Below are positions 19,541 to 28,800 of a stretch of 64,000 nucleotides of DNA, piece by piece. The first letter of the stretch is position 1; each line of letters starts with the position of its first letter. Below the pieces are notes generated by a model. The model ran no database searches. It was not told where the DNA came from and saw nothing but the letters and a program-made list of their open reading frames with translations. Made by a program: the position numbers and the translations under genes. The stretch covers positions 1 to 64,000 of IMG/VR virus record IMGVR_UViG_3300038974_000542, one strand, 5' to 3'. The DNA comes from a virus. Its lineage: Duplodnaviria > Caudoviricetes.

Positions 19541-21646
19541 ATGAGTAATTATACAGGGTTAAATACAAGATTAAAAGTTGTCAGCAAACCAGTTGCCAGT
19601 ATTGATGATAACTATGGTCCATATGATAATGTAGAAGATGCTTTAAATAGTATTCCCTTAGCTTTAAGAGCTGTAGGTCTTACTGTTGGGATTCAACAGA
19701 ATAATAATATAGTAGAATATTGGTTTCAAGATGGTATTACAGATTCTCATCTTAAAGAGAAAAAACCTTTTAATACCTATTTTACTAATGAATATTTTGA
19801 TACCTATGAAGATGGTTTATTAGTTGAAGAGAGTAGTATTCATGAAATCCAAAATCAAGATGTTATCCAGCTTATAGACAGTTACACTAAAGAGAAGGTT
19901 AATTATGAGGAAACGTCAATATGGTATAATGGTTCACCAATGGATGATTCTAAGGTAGATAATTTTATCTATAGAAAAAAAGATAATACTTATTATGTAG
20001 AAACTGATTTCTTATATAATGCTATAGTTAACGTTGTAAAATTTGGTGCAGATAGAACTGGGGGTATTGATAGTACTCCATATATTCAAAAAGCTTTTGA
20101 TGCTGCTTATAAACTATATTCTACTTCTGCTGCTGCAAATAATGGATATTTAGATTTTACTATACCTACAATTATTTTTCCTAGTGGAAGATATAAATGT
20201 GGACAAGTAAATATTTATTCAAGAATTAAAATAATAGGTGAAGGACAAGTTATAATAAAAAGTTTAACTGGAACTGAAACTACATATGCAGGTAAATTTG
20301 TTGATAATGCTGTAACAAATATTGAAATTGAAAATTTATCATTTTTTTATTTTGATACTGTATTTAGAGTTCCAACTGGAAATGTTGATTTTTCCTTTAT
20401 GACGTTCCGAAAATGTCATGTTGCAGCATGTAATTTATTCGTTGACACAGTAGACTATAATTCATCAAGGAGTACAACCGTATTATTTGAACGTTGTATT
20501 GGAAATTATAATTTGAAACAATTTGCGAAAATATATACTGATAAGTCCGTTTTTAGAGAAAATTGGTTTACACATAACCAAAATACAAAATTCATTGAAG
20601 TAGATAGTTTTGCGCATTTTCACGATAATGTTTGGGTCCCGTCTGCAAGTACTCCAAACAATGCACGTTGTTGGATATATTTTACAGCTTCGGATGAGGC
20701 AAGAAGTTTATTATTTACTAATGAAAGGTTTGGAGCAGAAAGTGGTCAATGTCCTATTCTTGTTATTGGTGATGTAAATAAAAAATTAACAATACCCGCA
20801 TATAAAAATCAAGGTGTTAAATTTGTTAACTGTCAACTTTCAAGTTACAATCCTTGGAATGCGAATAATATTTCTGACGGTGCAATTAGGAGTGTTGTGA
20901 TTTTAGAAGAGCCAACACATATTCCTACTGATGGTAAATATACATCTATTGATTATATTAGTTTTGAAAATTGCAAAATATCTCCAAATGTATATGCTGT
21001 TGCTACATATAATGCTCCTAATTTTCAATCAAAAGTACATGGTGAATTTACTATTGATTTTGACAGAACAACTGCATTATCTACAACAAGAGGTATTAGT
21101 TTTATTACAACACCTGATTTAATGCTTTATGTTAATCATCCTATTCTTAATAAACATACTATTGGATTAAATAAAAATGGTAAAGCTACAAAGGCATTGG
21201 ATACAACAACGGTTGGTATTAAAAAAATTACATTTAAAGTAAATAGAGCTGCAAACAACCACCCATCAAATCCTACTTATAATTGGCATACAGGTATTGC
21301 TTATCTTGCTACATTTATAGGTCAAGGCGATAGTTCATATCCGAACGGAATATATGGTTATTCCTCAACTTATATATTGACTATTAGTGGTGGATATTCT
21401 AGTTATGGAAGAAGTAAAATTACAGCAACTAAACTTCAAGGAGATTTAGGTGGTGCTTCTTTAACTGCAAATGCAGATATAGTTTCAGCTCATTGGGGTA
21501 CTGATGAAACAGGAAGTGATGAAGATATAGTAGATGGTAATACAGTTGATGAGTGGAGAGATATAACTATTACATTTGGTAATAAGATACAATATGGTTA
21601 TGTTATACTTACCCCTTTATATGATTTTGATTTAAGAATGGGATAA
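19541..21646 (+). CDS. Tail spike with pectate-lyase-3-like beta-helix (polysaccharide depolymerase)
   Basis: VNVVKFGADRTGGIDSTPYIQKAFDAA and TIIFPSGRY motifs; N-terminal anchor homologous to the 15419 ORF. Confidence 0.82.
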   Translation: MSNYTGLNTRLKVVSKPVASIDDNYGPYDNVEDALNSIPLALRAVGLTVGIQQNNNIVEYWFQDGITDSHLKEKKPFNTYFTNEYFDTYEDGLLVEESSIHEIQNQDVIQLIDSYTKEKVNYEETSIWYNGSPMDDSKVDNFIYRKKDNTYYVETDFLYNAIVNVVKFGADRTGGIDSTPYIQKAFDAAYKLYSTSAAANNGYLDFTIPTIIFPSGRYKCGQVNIYSRIKIIGEGQVIIKSLTGTETTYAGKFVDNAVTNIEIENLSFFYFDTVFRVPTGNVDFSFMTFRKCHVAACNLFVDTVDYNSSRSTTVLFERCIGNYNLKQFAKIYTDKSVFRENWFTHNQNTKFIEVDSFAHFHDNVWVPSASTPNNARCWIYFTASDEARSLLFTNERFGAESGQCPILVIGDVNKKLTIPAYKNQGVKFVNCQLSSYNPWNANNISDGAIRSVVILEEPTHIPTDGKYTSIDYISFENCKISPNVYAVATYNAPNFQSKVHGEFTIDFDRTTALSTTRGISFITTPDLMLYVNHPILNKHTIGLNKNGKATKALDTTTVGIKKITFKVNRAANNHPSNPTYNWHTGIAYLATFIGQGDSSYPNGIYGYSSTYILTISGGYSSYGRSKITATKLQGDLGGASLTANADIVSAHWGTDETGSDEDIVDGNTVDEWRDITITFGNKIQYGYVILTPLYDFDLRMG

Positions 21647-21946
21647 TATCATATTATAGAATATGATTTTTAATTTATCTACTATAAATTAATTATCTTA
21701 TAAAACTTTACTAAAATGAATGATAGTATACAAGTCAATATTTAACAGATAGACTCCTCTAACTTCTGGATTGCAGATGACAAAATAATTTTATATTTTA
21801 TCCTATAATTAATTATTTTAATTAAGATATAAGATTCAATTCTAAGATATAAGAGTATCTCCAACATATTTATAATAGTAAAGAATATTTATCATTATTG
21901 ACAACATATTCTTAGAATGTAGTTTTAAACAATTAAAATTCTATAT

Positions 21947-22900
21947 ATGACTAATAAGAAATATACTCTTAATGAATCTCAGATGAATTTTATAGCCTCT
22001 TTAAGAGGACATTCTATAACAAAGTATAGTAAGAGAAAAGATAGACCAAGTTATAGAATTAGATTAAAGCCAAGAGAAGTAGAGTTACTTCTTGAGTATA
22101 AAAAAGAACATCAGAACTCAGATGCTAAGTTTCCTAAAATTTTGATCTTTGATATAGAGACAGCCCCACTAAAGGCTTATGTTTGGAGAAGATGGAAACA
22201 AAATATTTCTATAGACCAAACTGTATCTGAGTGGTTTATGATAAGTTGGGCAGCTAAGTGGTTAGATTCTAAAGGAATAATATCTGAGTGTCTTACCCCA
22301 CAGGAAATAATAGAAGAGGATGATAAGAGGATTATAAGACAGCTTTGGACATTATTTGATGAGGCTGACATAGTAATAGCACATAACGGAAGAAGATTTG
22401 ATGTACCCCATGCTAATGCTAGATTTGTATTACTTGGACTATTACCTCCTTCTCCTTATACTCAAATTGATACTTTAGAAGTTGTTCGTAAACAGTTTAA
22501 TTTCTCCTCTAATAAACTTGATGCACTTGCAAAATATTTTGGTATAGAGAATAAAGATGGAACTGATTTTGAGTTATGGAAAAAATGTATGGAAGGAGAT
22601 CAAGAATCTTTAAACTATATGAAAGAATATAATAAGAAGGATGTAGTTATCCTTGAGAAGATATATCTAAAAATAAGACCCTGGATCAAAAATCATCCAA
22701 ATGCAGGATTATATTTAGAAAATGAAGAAGAAACGTGTCCTTACTGTGGTTCAACTGACTTAGCAGATACTGGCACGTTTTCTTATACTGGAGTATCAAA
22801 GTTTTCAAATGTAAGATGTTCCAAATGTGGTGGTATAGCAAGAAGAAGAACTTCAGATTATCCTAAAGAAAAAAGAAAGAATTTAATTAAATCTACATAA
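21947..22900 (+). CDS. DEDD (DnaQ/RNase H-like) 3'-5' exonuclease with C-terminal Zn ribbon
   Basis: ILIFDIETAP, AHNGRRFDVP, YNKKDV, and CPYCGS...RCSKCG. Confidence 0.85.
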   Translation: MTNKKYTLNESQMNFIASLRGHSITKYSKRKDRPSYRIRLKPREVELLLEYKKEHQNSDAKFPKILIFDIETAPLKAYVWRRWKQNISIDQTVSEWFMISWAAKWLDSKGIISECLTPQEIIEEDDKRIIRQLWTLFDEADIVIAHNGRRFDVPHANARFVLLGLLPPSPYTQIDTLEVVRKQFNFSSNKLDALAKYFGIENKDGTDFELWKKCMEGDQESLNYMKEYNKKDVVILEKIYLKIRPWIKNHPNAGLYLENEEETCPYCGSTDLADTGTFSYTGVSKFSNVRCSKCGGIARRRTSDYPKEKRKNLIKST

Positions 22901-22947
22901 GATGAAAATTAAAATTTAATTTTTCTCTTTAGAATCAAAAAATATCC

Positions 22948-22955
22948 TATATTTG
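22948..22955 (+). promoter_or_regulatory. TAnnTTTG -7 element, probably giving a leaderless mRNA
   Basis: TATATTTG only 4 nt before the ATG at 22960; AT-rich inverted repeat aaaattaaa/tttaatttt just upstream. Confidence 0.6.
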
Positions 22956-22959
22956 TAAT

Positions 22960-23655
22960 ATGAAAACTGCAAATGAAATAATAGATTTTTTTAAAGACCT
23001 TGTCTTTCAGGAAGAAGGCCATCTTTACTATGTAAATGGTGTACCAATAAAAGACTCTGTCTCCAGTAAGATAAAACAGTTTTATCTTCCTTTTAATAAG
23101 TATGAGAAGAGTCTTGGAACAGCACAAAGAACTGGTCTTACTCAAGCTGAAGTTTTAAGAAGTTGGAGTGAGAAAGAAAATATTTCTATTATAAAAGGTA
23201 AGAAAGCTCACTTATTTGGTGAGTTATATCCTTTTAATAGAGATCTTAGACCTCAATCTCCTTTTGACATAGCTATAATGAAATTTTGGAATGATCTTCC
23301 TCCTTATGTGATTCCAATATTAACTGAAGCTAGAATGTATCATAAGGAACAATTATATGCTGGTACTGCTGATGCAATATTATATAATACTCTTACAGGA
23401 AAATATATAATTACTGATTATAAGACTAATATAGATCTCTTTAAGAATTACAAAGATCAAAAAATGTTAGGACCTTTCTCTCATCTACTAGATTGTCCAT
23501 ATAATAAGTATCAACTACAGTTGTCTTATTATCAGATATTACTGGAACAGATAGAATCTATAGAGGTATCCTATAGGAAGTTAATTTGGCTAAGACCTAA
23601 TGGTGAGTACATTTTATATGATACAGAAGATTTTACAAATATATTAAGAACATGA
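22960..23655 (+). CDS. PD-(D/E)XK nuclease (RecB/Cas4-like)
   Basis: AGTADAIL...ITDYKT...YQLQLSYY. Confidence 0.85.
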   Translation: MKTANEIIDFFKDLVFQEEGHLYYVNGVPIKDSVSSKIKQFYLPFNKYEKSLGTAQRTGLTQAEVLRSWSEKENISIIKGKKAHLFGELYPFNRDLRPQSPFDIAIMKFWNDLPPYVIPILTEARMYHKEQLYAGTADAILYNTLTGKYIITDYKTNIDLFKNYKDQKMLGPFSHLLDCPYNKYQLQLSYYQILLEQIESIEVSYRKLIWLRPNGEYILYDTEDFTNILRT

Positions 23656-24350
23656 AATTATTTGAAATTATACAACGTGTTCAGTCTCTTTACTCTAAAG
23701 GAGTTCAAAGTGATGACAGTAGATTATCTGCAAGACATATCTATAATAAACTTCTTACAGTAAGAACAAGACTTTTATCCCAAAAATCTAAACAGAAACA
23801 AAAGATAAGTGACTGGAGTTATCAGGTAATACCCTGTATTGAAATGATAGAAGTTTCTGAGCATGATTGTCCTTGTGCTCCTCCAACTGCTTGTACTGTA
23901 AAGAGAAGTAAGTATAAAATTCCCAGAGTACTTACAGATTATAATAGGAATCTTATAGATTATGTAATGACAATTGATGGTAGTGATAAATTTGATTTTA
24001 CTACCAAATCTGAGTTGCTTCATATTAATGGTAATAAGTATACAGCTTTAAAAAGAAGATATATTATCAGTGATGAGTACCTTTATGCTTATGGTAAAGA
24101 TGTACCTAAACTCTTACAGATGAGAGCTTTATTTGAAGATCCAGTAAAAGCTTCAGAATTTATCTCATATTGTCCTTCAGAGACTGCAGATTGTATGGAT
24201 ATCTTTGATATTGAATTTCCTATGGATGGAGATATGGTTGATGTAGCTATAGAATTTACAGTCAAAGAACTTATAGACTATTTCAAACAAAATATAGAAG
24301 ATCAAACTAATGATACAAGAGATAATCCAACAGTAATATCACAAAGATAA
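23652..24350 (+). CDS. Tail ring / structural protein
   Basis: Synteny (before the HU-like, ring and muzzle genes); FPMDGDMVD-type C-terminus. Confidence 0.65.
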   Translation: MKLFEIIQRVQSLYSKGVQSDDSRLSARHIYNKLLTVRTRLLSQKSKQKQKISDWSYQVIPCIEMIEVSEHDCPCAPPTACTVKRSKYKIPRVLTDYNRNLIDYVMTIDGSDKFDFTTKSELLHINGNKYTALKRRYIISDEYLYAYGKDVPKLLQMRALFEDPVKASEFISYCPSETADCMDIFDIEFPMDGDMVDVAIEFTVKELIDYFKQNIEDQTNDTRDNPTVISQR

Positions 24351-24826
24351 TGAGACAGCATAAGAATCTTACTGACAGCTATACTCTTTTTAAAGAGAGG
24401 TTTAAGGATACTACTATAAGTAAATCTGATTACGTAAAGATTGCAGGTGCATTTCTTAAGTATATAATGAAAAGAGTTATCTATAACAGTGATACTGTTC
24501 ATTTACCTTTTAAAACAGGTGTTATAGAAGTTATTGGATTAAGAAGTAAAATTACTATTGGAGAGAATGGAGAGATAAAAGGATTATCACCTAACTGGAA
24601 GAAAACAAAAGAACTTTATGAGAAGTGTCCTGAGTGCAAGGAAAAAAGACAGATAGTTTATAATACTAATGAACATACTGATGGTATAAGATATAAATTT
24701 AACTGGGGATTAAGGAATATGGTAATGAAGAATAAACTCTACTATGTTCTAAAGATGACCAGAGAAAATAAAAGAAATTTATATAGAGCTATTTTAAATG
24801 GTCAAGAATATGAGGTAAAACAATGA
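24350..24826 (+). CDS. Second HU/IHF-like protein
   Basis: TVHLPFKTGVIEV and NEHTDGIRYKFNW patterns typical of crAss IHF-like proteins. Confidence 0.65.
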   Translation: MRQHKNLTDSYTLFKERFKDTTISKSDYVKIAGAFLKYIMKRVIYNSDTVHLPFKTGVIEVIGLRSKITIGENGEIKGLSPNWKKTKELYEKCPECKEKRQIVYNTNEHTDGIRYKFNWGLRNMVMKNKLYYVLKMTRENKRNLYRAILNGQEYEVKQ

Positions 24827-25809
24827 GAAATTTACAATATACTTCAATAGAAACAATCTTCTCTAAATTTCAAAGGGATTTAAGAGAAACAGATATCTCA
24901 GAAGCAGATATAGTTGAATGGACAGCTGAGGCTTTAGGTTTTATGAAGATTCCTGAAATACAAGAGGAAGCTGTTGCATTCATAGAGGTAGAGAATTATC
25001 AAGCTGATTTACCTTGTGGATTTCAAGGTGTTATACAAATAGCAAGAGATAATGAATGGACACCTTTGGATAAGGAATCAGGAACTACTGCTGCCGATGT
25101 TGTAGAGACTATGGAAGAACCTTCAGCTTCTGTACCTATAATAGTAGATTGTCAAGGTAATCTTGTAGGTGAGGCAGAATTGGCTTATTATAGACCTTAT
25201 TTTGATCTCAGGTATGAGTATGCAGCATGGTCAGGTTCTGGATATTACAGAGAAAGATTTACTCCTGTAAGACTTGCAAATCATAGTTTTATAGGTTCTC
25301 TTGTAGCAGAACTCAATAAAGAATATCCAAGTGGTATTTATAATAATTCTACTGATGAATATACTATTGCTGGTAGTTTTCCAAATCTTGTATTAAGATT
25401 TAGCTTTAAAGAGGGCTTTATTGCACTCTCTTATCTTAGAACAGCATTAGATGATACTACTGGTTATCCATTAATTCCAGATGATATAAGATTTATTACA
25501 GCTATTACTTACTATATTAAATGGAAGATGGCTGAAAGATTAAGATGGAATGGAAGAGAAGGTTTTGCAGCTGAGGCTCAAGATGCTGAAACTAAATGGA
25601 ATAAATATGTAAGACAAGCTCTTAATTATGCTAAGATGCCTAGTGGTATTGATCAGTATCAAAATTTTATGGAGAATAGTTTATACCTTATACCAAGAAC
25701 AAGAAAGTATTATGGTTATTTTGGAAAACTTGGTAGAGAAGAAGATAGATTATTTAATAACCCCGACATGAGAAGGAAATATAGCTTTAACAGATATGGC
25801 AGATGGTAA
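24823..25809 (+). CDS. Tail ring (tubular) protein
   Basis: EWTAEAL, GYPLIPDD...AITYYI, W..Y..QA motifs; directly upstream of the muzzle gene. Confidence 0.7.
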   Translation: MRNLQYTSIETIFSKFQRDLRETDISEADIVEWTAEALGFMKIPEIQEEAVAFIEVENYQADLPCGFQGVIQIARDNEWTPLDKESGTTAADVVETMEEPSASVPIIVDCQGNLVGEAELAYYRPYFDLRYEYAAWSGSGYYRERFTPVRLANHSFIGSLVAELNKEYPSGIYNNSTDEYTIAGSFPNLVLRFSFKEGFIALSYLRTALDDTTGYPLIPDDIRFITAITYYIKWKMAERLRWNGREGFAAEAQDAETKWNKYVRQALNYAKMPSGIDQYQNFMENSLYLIPRTRKYYGYFGKLGREEDRLFNNPDMRRKYSFNRYGRW

Positions 25810-28800
25810 TGGAATAAATTCAAAAGAAGTTAAGCAGTTTGGAAAAGGATTACATACAGATAATTCTCCACAAGCTCAACCTGAGGGTACTCTTAGGTTT
25901 GCTCTTAACTGTGTAGATGAAACTGAGGTAGGAGATATGATGTTCCCTACCAACCTTGAATCTAATATTGAAGCTGGAGCTTTGCCTGATGGATATATTC
26001 CTATTGGTAAAGTATATATGGTGAATGGAGAAACTTGTTTATTTCTTGTTGGTCCTAATGGGGAGTCTGAAATTGGAGTTTATAATGATAATGGAACTTA
26101 TACTACATATGTAAATGATTCTCAATCTACTAATAAATTAAATTTCAGAGTAACCCATCAAATAGATGCTGTATATAGACTTAGAAGAGGTTGTGATAAA
26201 ACAGTTTATTGGACTGATAATCTTAATCCCGTAAGACAATATATACTGAATAAACCTGAGGATTATTTATCTGATAATAATTTAGATATAGATAAATTTG
26301 AACTTTTTAGATTTACAAAGAAAATACCTTTCTTTCAAGGATTTGAAATTAGAGAAGAAGGAAATTTAGAATCTGGAAGCTATAATTTTTCAATACAATA
26401 TTTAGATGAAGATTTAAATCCTACTCAATGGATTATATTATCAGATACAATAAATATATACAAAGATAAGATTACAAATAAATTTTCAGAAGTACGAGGT
26501 TCTACAAATGAAAAAAGCTATTATCATCAATTTGGAAATACAGGAAAGTGTATAGTTATTACAATTAGCAATGTAGATGAATCTTTTCCTTATTATAGAA
26601 TAGCTACAATAAAAGCTATTGCAGGGACAGGTTTTGTAAGTGAAGTTACAGTATCTGAACCAATATCAACTATTGTACATACTTATATTGAAGATGGTGC
26701 TGAAAAAGAAAAAATAAGTGTAGAAGAAATTTATCAAGAGCCTCTTATTATTGAGACTGCACAAAGTATAGAACAAATTGAAAATAGATTATTACTTGGT
26801 AATGTAAAAAATAAGCAGATTGATTTATGTGATTTACAAAAATATGCAAGTAGAATAAGGTCATACTGTGTTGTAAAAAAAGTAAACCTTACAGATTTAA
26901 AAGATCCTTCTAATGGAAAAAATCCTACTAAAAGATTTGTAGGCTATACGCCAGGTGAAATATATTCATTTGGAATAGTATATCTTTTTAAAGATGGTAC
27001 TACATCACCTGTGTACCATATACCTGGTGTAAACAGTCAAGACTATAGTTCAAGTGGAATGGACTTAACACCAGAAATAAATAATAGAGAGCTGAAAAAA
27101 TTTGGAATGAGTTCTAATAATACTATATCCACATTTTATACTGAATCTAACAGTTGTGAAGATAAAGATTATTGGGGAACTGATTCTTTCTTTATATCTC
27201 CCTCTGTAGAAAGAAATCTTCCTTTAAAGAATACCCCTGTAAGACATCATAGATTTCCAACAAGATCTGAATTAAATTCTAATTTAGTCAATAAATTAGT
27301 ACCAGGTACAAATAGAAAAATAACTAAAATATATGATAGAATCACCATTCCAGAAGATTCTACAGTAGATTACAACCAGTATAAAGATGAAAATATAAGA
27401 ATAGTATATTCAGCAAATACAGGTGTCTCTGAGACATATATGCTTCATGCAATAGGAAGAACTTCTAATACATATACATTTGAAGATATTAGCAATTTAC
27501 ATATAGGTGATAAGATAAGTGGATATAGAATAGGTGGTAACTTAATTCCAATATCTGAACCTACAAATACTGTTATAGATATAGATACTGTAAATAAAAT
27601 TGTAACATTTAGTGAAGAAGTTCATCCTGCAGATCCTTCTCAAATCTTTGTAGGTGTATATCTTATGTATATTCAAACTCAAGAATCTATATTAGGTGAA
27701 TTTAACTTTACACTTGGAAATATTCTTGACTTAGATGGAAATATAATAGATAATGAAATACTTATAGATACATTAGAATATGACATAGCTTCTAAGGTAA
27801 CTTTTACTATATATCAAAATATATCTTTAGATTTAATTCATACTCCTTCCATACGAAGTCAATATATACAAATAGAAGGTGTAGAATATGAATCTGAAAT
27901 ATTAGGTATTAGATTTGAAAATATTGAAATACCTGAATTAGAAAATGAAGAAATAGTTGGGTATTATATTGTAAGAAATGAAAGAAAAGAAGAAGATAAA
28001 ACAATACTTGATACTGCTTTACTATTTCCATTAGTTGAGTATGAAAAGTTTATAAGTTTTGGAAATATATCTCCTTCAAATATAGCTCCCAATAGTAATG
28101 CTTTTGTAAATAGAGTTTTAAGAGGTGAAGATGGATTAGTTAGTTTTAACATAGAGGAAGAAGATAGAAAAGCTTTAGAAAATCCAGTATTAATAAGAAA
28201 AGATATGTATGGCTTTATACATCCAAAGCATCTCTTTGAGAAAAAAGAGTATACAAATAATGTAGAATTTTATACTGAAGGAAATTTTATACATAAAGAC
28301 GGAAATATCTTTGAAGTTTCTTCAAACTTAGTAGAAGATACTTATCCTGGAACTACTTATGATCCAGCTTATCATAAAGGAAAAGAGAAAGATTCAGATG
28401 GTCTTACATTACATACATTATCAAAGTATAGAGATTTCTCTTATGAAAATAGTAATAATAGAAACATTAATTTATTTGGTACAGATAATATAAAAGATAT
28501 TTTTTACTTAGATGCGTTAGGTAATAAAAATATAAAGATAAATGATATCAGCAAAGAAATTTTTAATATTTCAAGTGACAATAGAATTGGCATTATACAG
28601 TTAAATTCTAATATTGATATTTTTAATGAAACTAAAAATATAATAGAAAAAGCTTATACTTGGTATAATAAAGATGATGGGGATACAGCTAATTATAGTA
28701 GTAGAGTAGAAACTTCCAACATTTCAAAATATCCTTATGTTATTTTAAAAAGAAATATTTCAACTTCATATCAAGATTTTAGAACAAGAGCATATTATAA

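Noticed and set aside
21646-21947. AT-rich gap with a 12-bp direct repeat (taagatataaga at 21823 and 21843) and a small hairpin
   Set aside because: Low-complexity AT sequence makes such matches likely by chance; no convincing ORF or promoter.
22960-23655. Cas4-like nuclease as evidence of a CRISPR system
   Set aside because: No array or other cas genes; stand-alone PD-(D/E)XK nucleases are common in phages.
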